A stretch of 28,324 nt of DNA, from the IMG/VR virus record IMGVR_UViG_3300031890_000041, positions 1-28,324 of that record. One strand, written 5' to 3'. This DNA is from a virus (lineage: Duplodnaviria; Caudoviricetes). The notes under the pieces were generated by a model that saw only the letters and a program-made list of their open reading frames with translations, did no database searches and was not told the DNA's origin. The translations under genes and the position numbers were made by a program. Shown in pieces: positions 8,122-17,371 of the stretch (positions are counted from its first letter, which is position 1; the number at the start of each line of letters is the position of its first letter).

Positions 8122-9502
8122 CGTGCTTATGGCTACTGCGACCATTTCGTTCGGGCAGGGCAAGGTGAGCGTGCCGACCGAATATCACGGCACGCAGACG
8201 TTCTATGATACGCTGCTTATGCCCAGAGGTTCGACGCTGGATGTCACAGGCGCGACGGTGATTGGCGGCGGCAGCAGCGCTGTCCAAAGCGTCTTTGGAC
8301 GCACAGGCGCGGTAACGGCGCAGAGCGGTGATTATCTTGCATCACAGATAACCAATGCCGTCGACAAGACCGCTGCGTATCCCGATCCAGTCTGGATCAC
8401 TTCACTGTCTTACGCGAAGATTACGGGCATCCCTACTCCGACCCCGACGCCTACACCTACGCCGACCCCTACACCTACGCCGACCCCGACGGCGACCCCG
8501 ACACCGACGCCGACTCCTGTGGTATTTCCCGTGACAAGCGTATTCACGCGCACCGGCGCTGTCACCGCGCAAGCCGGGGATTACGCTGCGTTCTATGCGC
8601 CGTTGCCGCTTCCTACGCCACCGGTAGCAAGCGTGTTCAGTCGGACAGGCACAGTCACTGCGGCTGCGAATGATTACACGTTCGCCCAGATCGGTTCCAA
8701 GCCTACTACACTAGCAGGTTACGGTATCACTGATCCGGTTGTGCTGACGAGCGGAAGTTATTCGAACCCGGCGTGGATTACCACGCTTGCATGGGGCAAG
8801 ATCACCGGAGCACCCAGCTTCATTACCGGCAACCAGACGATCACGCTCACTGGCGATACGACAGGCAGCGGCGCAACGGCGATCACGACTACTACGAGTG
8901 CGGTCAACGGCGTCACTTATCCGGCCAATCCATCCGTAGGCACGTATCCGGTTGTGACCAGTACGAACACGGTCACGTATCAGCCGACGCCTGCTCCATC
9001 TACCGGCACGGTGTCATGGGTCGCGCTTTCCAGTCCTTTCAACCTGCTTAATCAAGTCGGGCTGCAACCACTCTTTGGCGGGACTGGCGGACCGCTTGCC
9101 AACGGCGCGATTACGTTAGCAGCGAACACTACTTATAGATTTAAGTGCGTCGCTAATTTTACTGGTCTAAGCGTCACCACTTCTGGATTACAATTTGGAT
9201 TTGGTGGTACGGCTACCGTTCAAAATGTTCTCTACGTGTTAAATGGAGCCAAGGCTAATAATACAGTTGGGGGTGCTACAGCTTACTCTACGACTGCCGC
9301 TTCAACGCTTATTATGGCGGGAACCACGAATGCCAATTGTGCCTTTGACCTCAATGGCATGATCCGAATTACTACAGGTGGCACTCTTATACCAGAGATA
9401 GGCATGCAGAATGCGTCAGCAGGAGTAGTTACTACGGACACGTTTTTTGAAATCTGGCCCATAGGGAGCAACACTGCGACAAGCGTAGGGAACTGGAACT
9501 AA
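8102..9502 (+). CDS. Fibre-like protein with N-terminal signal peptide and Pro-Thr linker
   Basis: Likely start ATG 8102 (MFIRILSVLMATATISFG-Q). Three SVFxRTGxVTA..DY phage fibre repeats, a PT tract, KPTTLAGYGITD and a beta-rich C-terminal domain. Confidence 0.75.
   Translation: MFIRILSVLMATATISFGQGKVSVPTEYHGTQTFYDTLLMPRGSTLDVTGATVIGGGSSAVQSVFGRTGAVTAQSGDYLASQITNAVDKTAAYPDPVWITSLSYAKITGIPTPTPTPTPTPTPTPTPTPTATPTPTPTPVVFPVTSVFTRTGAVTAQAGDYAAFYAPLPLPTPPVASVFSRTGTVTAAANDYTFAQIGSKPTTLAGYGITDPVVLTSGSYSNPAWITTLAWGKITGAPSFITGNQTITLTGDTTGSGATAITTTTSAVNGVTYPANPSVGTYPVVTSTNTVTYQPTPAPSTGTVSWVALSSPFNLLNQVGLQPLFGGTGGPLANGAITLAANTTYRFKCVANFTGLSVTTSGLQFGFGGTATVQNVLYVLNGAKANNTVGGATAYSTTAASTLIMAGTTNANCAFDLNGMIRITTGGTLIPEIGMQNASAGVVTTDTFFEIWPIGSNTATSVGNWN
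8432..8518 (+). repeat. Pro-Thr dipeptide coding repeat
   Basis: CCN-ACN hexamer repeats encoding a PTPTPT... tract. Confidence 0.9.
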
Positions 9503-9504
9503 TA

Positions 9505-10062
9505 ATGAACACGCGCACGACCATACCGCCGGATGGCCCGATCGTTTCGTACGATCCGACTGAGCGGGCGCAGACGCTCACCGGAAAGGTGCCGCCGCAG
9601 GTGTTCCGCGGCCGTGTCCCGCGCACTGTGACGGGCGCGGTGGACTTTGACAAGCTGCCAGACTTTCCTTCGATCACCGTGCAATCCATCGAAGCAAAGA
9701 TCGAACCGCTGGTGACGCACGTAACTGTCCGCATCTTCTTTCACGCTTACGATGAAAACCCAAACAGCCAAGGTTACCTGGACGTCATAAACATGATCGA
9801 AGTGGTCTCACAGGCTCTCACCAGCTACGGGCAGAAAGGCATAAATGATGCCTATCCGATCGTGATGCCGATTGAGTGGAAGCTGATCGAAGAGCACACC
9901 TTCCCGCATTACATAGGAGAGATGATTACCAGATGGGAGCTGCCAAGCGCGCGCCCGCTGCCGGACTACGATGATCTGTTCCCGATGATTCCGGCAGAAC
10001 ATCTCGATGTTGTAGCATCGGAATCCACGACAGATTTTAGCGCATTATGGAACGGATCATAG
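9505..10062 (+). CDS. Tail completion / terminator-like protein
   Basis: PQVFRGRVP, DFPSITV, VTVRIFFHAYD...GYLDVINMIE and PHYIGEMITRW fit tail-completion proteins upstream of the sheath. Confidence 0.65.
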   Translation: MNTRTTIPPDGPIVSYDPTERAQTLTGKVPPQVFRGRVPRTVTGAVDFDKLPDFPSITVQSIEAKIEPLVTHVTVRIFFHAYDENPNSQGYLDVINMIEVVSQALTSYGQKGINDAYPIVMPIEWKLIEEHTFPHYIGEMITRWELPSARPLPDYDDLFPMIPAEHLDVVASESTTDFSALWNGS

Positions 10063-10403
10063 GTCAGGTCATTTACGCTGGGCCAACTGTTGGGGCTGAA
10101 CTGCCTTACGGCAAGATTTACCTCAATGGCGTTGATGAGAGCATTTACAATCTCATTGCAGCCTGTCCGCCAATCGGATCATTGTTTGTTACGCCCGCCG
10201 AGTTTCTACTTGTCAGGCGCGAACTCAATCTGGATTACGCGCGAAACATGCGTGGCAGCAGCGGTAGATACGTGCAATTCTATCGTGCTGTGCAGCAGTG
10301 GTTAGCTACCAGAGCCAGAGAAACCAAAGCACCTAAACCAAAAGGAGTGAAAGTAAAATCCCATGCCAGCACGAGCCTTGTCCCGATAAAGGCCAGCAAT
10401 TAA
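10047..10403 (+). CDS. Conserved small pre-sheath phage protein
   Basis: IYAGPT...IYLNG...CPPIGSLFV pattern; usual position before the sheath gene. Confidence 0.65.
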   Translation: MERIIGQVIYAGPTVGAELPYGKIYLNGVDESIYNLIAACPPIGSLFVTPAEFLLVRRELNLDYARNMRGSSGRYVQFYRAVQQWLATRARETKAPKPKGVKVKSHASTSLVPIKASN

Positions 10404-10411
10404 ATTGCGCT

Positions 10412-10876
10412 ATGCACCAGCACGATACTAATGGACGATTCGCGGTAATTCATGGTGAAAGCCGAACGGTTCTCGCCGCTGCAAGGGTTGAGTTTAACGC
10501 ATGGGCAGCGATGCAAGGGCGCTGTTACAATCCGAGTAATGCGAAATTCTCTAGCTACGGCGGGCGCGGTATCAAGGTTTGCGAACGTTGGCATAGATAC
10601 GAAAATTTTCTCGCTGATATGGGGCGACGACCAGAAGGCAAAACTTCAATCGGTCGCATCGACAATGACGGTAATTACGAGCCATCGAATTGCCGCTGGG
10701 AAAACGCAAACCAGCAGGCAATGAATCGGCGATCAACAAAACTTTCTATCGCTCAAGTTCATGAAATTCGGATTCTACGGGCGCGGGGCTATTTGCTGCG
10801 CGAACTGGCAGCCGAGTTTAACGTGAGCATCCATGCAGTGCATCACGCAATCAAAAATCAAAACATAGGAGAATAA
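10412..10876 (+). CDS. HNH-type endonuclease-like protein with C-terminal HTH (probable free-standing mobile gene)
   Basis: Motifs W.AM..RCYNP, YGGRGIKVCERW, FLADMG.RP and RIDNDGNYEPSNCRW...Q..NRR. HTH-like LRELAAEFNVS. Confidence 0.85.
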   Translation: MHQHDTNGRFAVIHGESRTVLAAARVEFNAWAAMQGRCYNPSNAKFSSYGGRGIKVCERWHRYENFLADMGRRPEGKTSIGRIDNDGNYEPSNCRWENANQQAMNRRSTKLSIAQVHEIRILRARGYLLRELAAEFNVSIHAVHHAIKNQNIGE

Positions 10877-10880
10877 CACA

Positions 10881-12416
10881 ATGCCATCTTTAGGCCCCTT
10901 CCCTCACGGAGTATCGTGGCGAGACGTCCCAACTAGCGTAATCAGTCCCGTTGCAGCCTATCCCGGCATGAACGTTGTGGTCGGCAGCGCGCCGCTCTGG
11001 ATGACCCCAAACGGCAAGCAGTATCTCAACGTGCCACGCATTTACAACAGTTATCAGCAGGCAGTGGCGGAGCAGGGCTACTCGACCGACTGGGCTACGT
11101 ACGATATCTGCGAGCACATCGACAGCGTATTCGTCGAGTTCGGTGTGTTCCCCGTGACTTACATTGCCGTCAATGACGTGTTCACGGGCGCGACTGCGCA
11201 TCCGGCATCGCCCTTCACACTCGTAGGCGGTCAGGTCGATACCGGATTGCAACTCATCAATGACGCGACCTTGATTGTGTCAGGCGCGACAGGAACGCCG
11301 ATCTACGTCAATGGCACGGACTATCTGCTTTCGCTCGCAGGTCCGCATACCACAACACCTTATTACACATGGGTGGTGACGCGCATCGCCACCGGCGCGA
11401 TCCCGAGCAATACGTCAACGATAGAAGTGGCTGGCAATATTCCGGCAACGACGCCTGTTACAGCCTCGATCATTATCGGCGGCGTGAATGTCAGCACCGG
11501 CCAGAACACGGGTTTGCAATGCGTCGAGGACGTGTTCCAGAAGACAGGTTACGTTCCGGGCGTGATCATTTGCCCTGCGTGGTCGCATGATCCGACGGTC
11601 GCAGCAGCGATGGAAGCAAAGTGCGAAAACATCAACGGCTGTTTCGCCTGCACCTGCATAATTGACGTGGACATGACCGCTTGCCATAAGGCGACGGATG
11701 TACTGCCATGGAAGACCACCAACAATATTGTGTTCCCGCGTCAGGAACTTTGCTTTGGCATGCCGACACTGGTCGGCGCGATCGTTGGCGCGCCGGGAAG
11801 CACGACAACCGTGACGAAGAAGTATCACTTCGCATCGCAACAAGGGCCGCTTCTGCAATGGACGGATACTTACAAAGGTGGTGGGATGCCGTATTGCTCG
11901 CCTTCGAACAAGAACCTGCGAATGAACTCGCTCCAAGACGCGACTGGCGCGGAGGTCCCGATGCACCTTTCTGACGCCAATATGTTGAACGGTCAGGGGG
12001 TAATCACCGCGCTCAACTTCGTCGGTGGGTGGCGCAGTTGGGGCAACCGCACCTCGTCTTATCCTTCCGATACTGATGTGCATGATATGTTCATTCCTGT
12101 GCGAAGAATGTTCGATTACATCGGCAACACCGTAGTGCTGACCATCTGGCAGGAAGTTGACGAGCCAGGCAATCGTCGGCTCATTGATGCGGTTGTGAAC
12201 TCGCTACAGCTTTGGCTCGACGGTATTACCGCCACGGGCGCACTGATCGGCGCATCAATTGCGTTCAACCAGAGCGAGAACGCGACTACGGAGATTCTCA
12301 ATGGCCACTATGTTTTCCATATCTACATCGCGGTGCCGACGCCAGCCGAATGGCTTGACTTCCGCATCGAGTACTGGGTTCCATACATCGCAAATCTCTG
12401 GACAGGGATAATCTAA
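10881..12416 (+). CDS. Contractile tail sheath protein
   Basis: N-terminal HGV...VPTS, VVVGSAP, PGVIICPAWS, SPSNK, ANMLNGQGVITA, WGNRT, IPVRRMF and PTPAE. AGGAG RBS. Confidence 0.95.
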   Translation: MPSLGPFPHGVSWRDVPTSVISPVAAYPGMNVVVGSAPLWMTPNGKQYLNVPRIYNSYQQAVAEQGYSTDWATYDICEHIDSVFVEFGVFPVTYIAVNDVFTGATAHPASPFTLVGGQVDTGLQLINDATLIVSGATGTPIYVNGTDYLLSLAGPHTTTPYYTWVVTRIATGAIPSNTSTIEVAGNIPATTPVTASIIIGGVNVSTGQNTGLQCVEDVFQKTGYVPGVIICPAWSHDPTVAAAMEAKCENINGCFACTCIIDVDMTACHKATDVLPWKTTNNIVFPRQELCFGMPTLVGAIVGAPGSTTTVTKKYHFASQQGPLLQWTDTYKGGGMPYCSPSNKNLRMNSLQDATGAEVPMHLSDANMLNGQGVITALNFVGGWRSWGNRTSSYPSDTDVHDMFIPVRRMFDYIGNTVVLTIWQEVDEPGNRRLIDAVVNSLQLWLDGITATGALIGASIAFNQSENATTEILNGHYVFHIYIAVPTPAEWLDFRIEYWVPYIANLWTGII

Positions 12417-12429
12417 GGAGGATTAACAA

Positions 12430-12960
12430 ATGCTACTGCCAAATCATGTAACCAATTACTCAATCTTCAAAGACGGCCGGCGCCTGCTCGGGTGCGGCAA
12501 TGTCACGCTGCCTGACTTGAAAAACCTGGAGGATCCGCTTAAGGGCAGCGGCATTTTCGGCGAGATAGGCATGCCCGTGCAATGCCACTTTCAGCCGTAT
12601 TCATTGAAGATTACTTGGCTGACTATCATGGATTACGCGCTGTTCTCAACGCTACAGGATGGCGCGAACCTGGATTGCTGGGCAGCGATGCAATCGCACG
12701 ACAGCTCTACCAACAAGATCATTCACAACGGCTGGCGATTCATCTGCGGCACAGCGCCTAAGGGATTCAACTTCGGCAAACTCGAGATCGGCACGAAGCA
12801 GGAGTGCGAGACCGAATACGAACTCATTAGTTATCGCATTTTGTACAATGATGTGAACGTGCTCCAGATTGATAAGGAGAACGGCATCTGTCGCTGGTGG
12901 AACGGTCAGGCGCTCGAAGACGAAGCGTTGCCCATCCGGCAACTGATTGGGTTGACCTAG
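12430..12960 (+). CDS. Major tail tube protein (P2 FII-like)
   Basis: Motifs VTLPDL, GSGIFGEI and IDKEN. Directly after the sheath, with strong AAGGAGG RBS. Confidence 0.9.
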   Translation: MLLPNHVTNYSIFKDGRRLLGCGNVTLPDLKNLEDPLKGSGIFGEIGMPVQCHFQPYSLKITWLTIMDYALFSTLQDGANLDCWAAMQSHDSSTNKIIHNGWRFICGTAPKGFNFGKLEIGTKQECETEYELISYRILYNDVNVLQIDKENGICRWWNGQALEDEALPIRQLIGLT

Positions 12961-12987
12961 CCGCAAAAGTGACGGACAAAATGCGGC

Positions 12988-13410
12988 ATGAACAACAACG
13001 ATGACGACGTCACAGCAACAGAAGAAGTCAACCGCCTCGCACAAGCCGCTGACGCTGAAGCAGAATATCTCGAACTGAGAGTGGAGCCTGCGCAGCCGCC
13101 GCGCCTGCTCAGGTTCGATGAACCATTCGAGTTCGACGGTCAGAAGTATAAGCAACTGATCTTCGACTGGGACAGCCTCATCGGGAAAGATTTCCAGCGC
13201 GCCGAGAGAACGTTCACCAAGCTTTACAAAGCTGACAGGAACGAAGTGGTGTTGCCAGAGATGAAGCACCTCTACCAGACCATTCTCGCCGCACAGGTGG
13301 CGAACGTCCCGCCCGGGCTGATAATGAAACTACCGCGCCGTTATTACATAGCGGTGAGGAACGAAGCCCTAAAAGCCTGTGGCAGCTCACCGGAGGAGGA
13401 GAAAGTATAA
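12988..13410 (+). CDS. Tail assembly chaperone (P2 E / Mu gp41-like)
   Basis: F.EPFEFDG..Y..L.FD...L.GKD...AE and AA..A.VP...I.KLP patterns. Lies between tube and tape measure. Confidence 0.85.
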   Translation: MNNNDDDVTATEEVNRLAQAADAEAEYLELRVEPAQPPRLLRFDEPFEFDGQKYKQLIFDWDSLIGKDFQRAERTFTKLYKADRNEVVLPEMKHLYQTILAAQVANVPPGLIMKLPRRYYIAVRNEALKACGSSPEEEKV

Positions 13411-13568
13411 CCAAACTTCTGCGCTCGATCGTACTGCGGTTGGCGCGGGAGACTGGCGGTGGTATCCAATTCTGGCTGGAGTTGCCGATCTTCGAACTGT
13501 TAAAGTACATAGCGGAACTCAACCTGCAGTTGCAGCAGGAACGCGACGCCACGGCACAAAAGGTGTGA
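13367..13568 (+). CDS. Probable -1 frameshift extension of the tail chaperone (E+E' type)
   Basis: The -1 frame is open across the chaperone stop and reads ITKLLRSIVLRLARETGGGIQFWLELPIFELLKYIAELN...QKV*. It has no ATG and ends 4 nt before the tape measure start. Confidence 0.7.
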
Positions 13569-13572
13569 TCGT

Positions 13573-15897
13573 ATGAATCAACACCAGTACCAAGTTCAAT
13601 TCCTGGTCGGCGCAAAGCTGCTGAGTTCGTTTGATTCGGCCATGCGTCAGGCGCAGGCGCGCATGAAGGCGTTGCAGCGCACCGCGAAAGAAACATCGGA
13701 AGCGGTCAAGCTGATCGGCTCGGCAATGAAGACCGCGCTTGCTGGTGTCGCGGCATTCGCAGCAGGCGCGGTGTTCAAAAAGATATTTACAGGCGCGTTT
13801 GATGCCGCTGCCGAAGCGCAGGAACACGCGCTCGCGCTGACCAACGAGTTCTACCTTCACATGAAAAAGCAGGGGCGCGACGCCGCTGCCGCCCAAGCCG
13901 ACATGCTTGAAGACTACAATCGACGGCTGGCACAAACCGGCGTGATCTCCAAAAGCATTTACGATACCATGGCAGTTAGCCTTTCAAAGATTGGCGAAAG
14001 CCCTCGCCAGATCGCAGAATTAGAGCCGGTACTGGCCGACGTATTGGTTCACGCACGTGGGATTCGCGCCAGCACTGAGGATGCGAAAGAACTTGGCGAC
14101 ACACTGGTCAAGGTCGCAAAAGGCGGTCGGGCGATGGCATTGAAGCAGTTCATTCCGATAGGCCCAAGCGAGATGGCGCGGCTCAGAGCTTACAAGGACG
14201 ATTGGCGCGGCGCGCTGTATTACATCACCTACTTGATGAAGAAATACCAGGGCTTCAATGATGCGGCTGCGCGGACGCCGCTCGGTCAGATTCAGAGGAT
14301 GCGGAATCTGTTCGATGAACTATCCAAGAAAATCGGCAGGGAGATGCTGCCAGCGCAGGCTGACATGGCCAAGGCATGGTCGGACGCACTGCCGGACATT
14401 GAGCCCGTGATTTTGGACGCGATGAGGGAACTAGCCACTCTCATAACATGGATTACCAGAGAGGCTGTTGCGCTGGCACAGCGGCTTGAAATGCCAGAGG
14501 TCGCAAAGGTGTGGCACGAAATCGGTGACACGTTTAAAGAGTTATGGACAACCCTTGGCCTCGAATGGCCCCAGTCCGGATTCTTCGGAAGGCTGCTCGG
14601 CGGGGCGATCGTTCGCTCGCTTAAAATCCTCAACACCGAACTCAAGGTTCTGGTAAAGCTGATGGAGGCGCTGGCAGCGGTCGTGAAGAAACTTCCGCCC
14701 GTGTTGATCGGCAGTTTCATCGCCAAACACTTTGGAATAAATAGAGACGTCGGAAGAGCCGCTCCAACGGCTCTAGCAACGATGCCGCCGATTCCACCTC
14801 AGTACGCGAGTAATCCGGTGTTGCGTGAAGCATACCTGCAAGGTGCTGCGCCGGGTGTTGCCGCTCCCTCAGCTCTTCCAACGCCAGCATACGCAGCTCC
14901 AGGCGGCGCTGGTTATGGACCGCAAACAGCACCGCCAGCACCGCCCGTGACGAGTGCGCCGTGGGCTGCGCCTGTGAGTCGCGTACCAGCGATTCCAGCC
15001 ACGCCAACAACGACTATCCTAGGCGCTGGAGGCGGCCCAGCTGGAGGCGGCGCTGGTTATATTCCAGCTGGCGCAACAATGTCCTACGGTGGTGGGGAAT
15101 CCTCGCTCGGCCCGCGAGCTACCGCTGGCGCGACGTTATACGGCAAATTGCTGACGCAATTCAGACAATACCCGCCGCAAGGTCTGCCACCCGATGCTGC
15201 ACGATTTGGCATTGTCAAAGGGACGCCTGAGGAATGGGCGCGCTGGGGCGTCTCTGTCGCGCACGCTGAATCTGGTTTCAATCCAAGATCGACAAATCTG
15301 AGTGACCCGGGCGGATCGTTTGGCGTCTTTCAATACTCGCACGGGCAGGCTTACGGGAACGCCTATGACGTTGACAAGTCAGTTGCAGCTTTTGTGCGCG
15401 ATGCAAACTCTGCTGCTGGGTCAGCGAGCATACGCGGAAGCATTCTGGGCAAACGATTTTCAACCATTGGAATGCACCCCGATGTGGGAACCGCATACCT
15501 TGGTCAGGCGCAACAAATCGCGGCTGCACAAGCTGCTGCTGCGCCAGCTGCGAACGCACCGCCGCCGTTGCTGGCGGCTGCGTATCAGCAGGGCGGCATC
15601 GCGCTGCGGCCGCAAATCGCTGCACTGGCTGAACGCGGTCCAGAAGCGATCCTGCCGCTGGGCGGTCGCGGACCCCTTTCAGTCTTAGGCGGTCTGTTGG
15701 GCGGAGGCAGTCGCGGGAGCGGCATATTCAACTTGCATCACGCGCCCGAGATTCACATTCATGGCAATGCAGATGAACACGCCATGGGACGGATGAGCAC
15801 AAGGTTGCGCGATGCGGCGCGCGAGTTCATTCGCGAGTTTCAAGCTGCACAGCGCCAGGAACGTCGGTTAAGTTACGAATCCGGTTACGGTAGTTAG
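13573..15897 (+). CDS. Tape measure protein with muramidase / lytic transglycosylase-like domain
   Basis: Ala-rich helical N-terminal half, Pro/Ala/Gly linker, AHAESGFNP...SFGVFQY motif, and C-terminal GGI...AERGPEAILPL. Confidence 0.88.
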   Translation: MNQHQYQVQFLVGAKLLSSFDSAMRQAQARMKALQRTAKETSEAVKLIGSAMKTALAGVAAFAAGAVFKKIFTGAFDAAAEAQEHALALTNEFYLHMKKQGRDAAAAQADMLEDYNRRLAQTGVISKSIYDTMAVSLSKIGESPRQIAELEPVLADVLVHARGIRASTEDAKELGDTLVKVAKGGRAMALKQFIPIGPSEMARLRAYKDDWRGALYYITYLMKKYQGFNDAAARTPLGQIQRMRNLFDELSKKIGREMLPAQADMAKAWSDALPDIEPVILDAMRELATLITWITREAVALAQRLEMPEVAKVWHEIGDTFKELWTTLGLEWPQSGFFGRLLGGAIVRSLKILNTELKVLVKLMEALAAVVKKLPPVLIGSFIAKHFGINRDVGRAAPTALATMPPIPPQYASNPVLREAYLQGAAPGVAAPSALPTPAYAAPGGAGYGPQTAPPAPPVTSAPWAAPVSRVPAIPATPTTTILGAGGGPAGGGAGYIPAGATMSYGGGESSLGPRATAGATLYGKLLTQFRQYPPQGLPPDAARFGIVKGTPEEWARWGVSVAHAESGFNPRSTNLSDPGGSFGVFQYSHGQAYGNAYDVDKSVAAFVRDANSAAGSASIRGSILGKRFSTIGMHPDVGTAYLGQAQQIAAAQAAAAPAANAPPPLLAAAYQQGGIALRPQIAALAERGPEAILPLGGRGPLSVLGGLLGGGSRGSGIFNLHHAPEIHIHGNADEHAMGRMSTRLRDAAREFIREFQAAQRQERRLSYESGYGS

Positions 15898-15921
15898 AGA
15901 TTATGTTTGCGTAGAGCGGTT

Positions 15922-16194
15922 ATGGCTAATGGGACGACATACGCACAACCAATTCCACAGGGCGCGAGCATATATGTGTCCGTGCAGGATGATTGGTGGG
16001 ACCTGATTGCGCTCAAGGTGTACGGAATGCGTCGCGGCGACGAACTGCTCATGTACAAGTTGCTCGAAGCCAATTATGAACTTCGCGACATCTGTAATTT
16101 TCCTGCCGGTGTTCAGGTGATTGTGCCCGTGCTGCCGCAAAAGACAGCCATTCCGCTTGTCCCATGGACGAGCGCAAATGTGGTGGTCACATGA
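15922..16194 (+). CDS. Tail protein X (LysM-like)
   Basis: Y.SVQDDWWDLIALKVYG...LLEAN...FPAGVQVIVP...PW. Confidence 0.9.
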   Translation: MANGTTYAQPIPQGASIYVSVQDDWWDLIALKVYGMRRGDELLMYKLLEANYELRDICNFPAGVQVIVPVLPQKTAIPLVPWTSANVVVT

Positions 16195-17369
16195 TAATTC
16201 AGGTCCGATCAGCGCGGCCACAGATCATCCTGAACGGGGAAGACTTTTATTCACAGCTCGCGCCGTATCTGCTGCACTTCGAATACACCGACAGCTGCGA
16301 CGGACAGCACGCCGACGATTGCCAGTTCAGTCTCGCTGATCGCGACAGAAAATTCATCAATGAATGGATGCCGGCCCCAGGCGCGACGCTGGGCGCGAAG
16401 ATTCAAGCTGAACGCTGGTTCGGCCCGAACGCGGCTACGCTCGCGCTGGATTGCGGGACGTTTTACATCGATTCCATCGAGTTCGATTTGCCGCAGCACA
16501 CGGTGCATGTGAAAGCGAACTCGATTCCGAATGACGCGCACGGCAAGGTTTCAAACGAGACAAGGGGCTTCGAGAACAAGTCGCTTCAAGACATTGTATC
16601 GCAGATCGCAGGGGAGAATCATCTTGAGCCGAAGTTTCTAGCCCAAAAGAATCCGATGTATGATCGCGTCGAGCAGGTGCAGCAGAGCGCGTTCCAGTTT
16701 TTGAGGCGGCTCGCTGAGGACGCCAAGCTCGAAATCAAGATCGCGCGCGGACAACTGTGGCTTTATGATCCGCTAACGCTCGACCAGCAGCCGTCCAGTT
16801 TCACGCTGGTATATGGCGACGGCGCGGCAGGCGCAGACACGCAGACCTATCGGATGAGCAGCGGCAGATTTCGCCTGCAAGTGACCGATCTTACTGCATC
16901 GACGGTCGTGTCCAATACTGACATCGAGACAGGCGATACTTCACAGCGGCAGTTTGATTCCAATTCTCTTTTGCAGGGAACAGGCGTGGGTGCAGGCGAA
17001 TCGCTGATGAACCCGTCCACATGGAAGGATAATCTCAACTGGAACAGCGACGTGAAATCGAGCGACAGCGGAAGCGGATCGCCACAGCTTTTTGATGGGA
17101 CAGGTGGTTTGCAATACTTCTCCAGTGACAGCGCGGAAGCCGACGCGGTGTTGACCAAGGCGCAGGCCAAGACGCGTGATAAGAACAAGCGCAGGTACGA
17201 ATCGGACATTGAACTTTCCATTGGCAACCCGTTAATCGCTTCTGGTCAGACGTTCACGCTATCGGGCTGCGGCCAGTTTGACGGCATGTGGTTCATCGAG
17301 CAGGCGCACCATGTTCTCTGCCCGATGTATGACACGAGGATTCACGTCAGACGCACGCTGGACTATTAG
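16191..17369 (+). CDS. Baseplate hub / late control D-like protein
   Basis: Motifs FEYTD...ADD....L.DRD, CGTFYIDSIE, RVEQ..QS.FQFL.RLA and GNP...SG......G.FDG.WFIEQA.H. Confidence 0.9.
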   Translation: MIIQVRSARPQIILNGEDFYSQLAPYLLHFEYTDSCDGQHADDCQFSLADRDRKFINEWMPAPGATLGAKIQAERWFGPNAATLALDCGTFYIDSIEFDLPQHTVHVKANSIPNDAHGKVSNETRGFENKSLQDIVSQIAGENHLEPKFLAQKNPMYDRVEQVQQSAFQFLRRLAEDAKLEIKIARGQLWLYDPLTLDQQPSSFTLVYGDGAAGADTQTYRMSSGRFRLQVTDLTASTVVSNTDIETGDTSQRQFDSNSLLQGTGVGAGESLMNPSTWKDNLNWNSDVKSSDSGSGSPQLFDGTGGLQYFSSDSAEADAVLTKAQAKTRDKNKRRYESDIELSIGNPLIASGQTFTLSGCGQFDGMWFIEQAHHVLCPMYDTRIHVRRTLDY

Positions 17370-17371
17370 TT

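Noticed and set aside
13379-13576. 65-aa ORF listed in the track after the chaperone
   Set aside because: Wrong frame; the chaperone-like extension is in the -1 frame ending at 13568.
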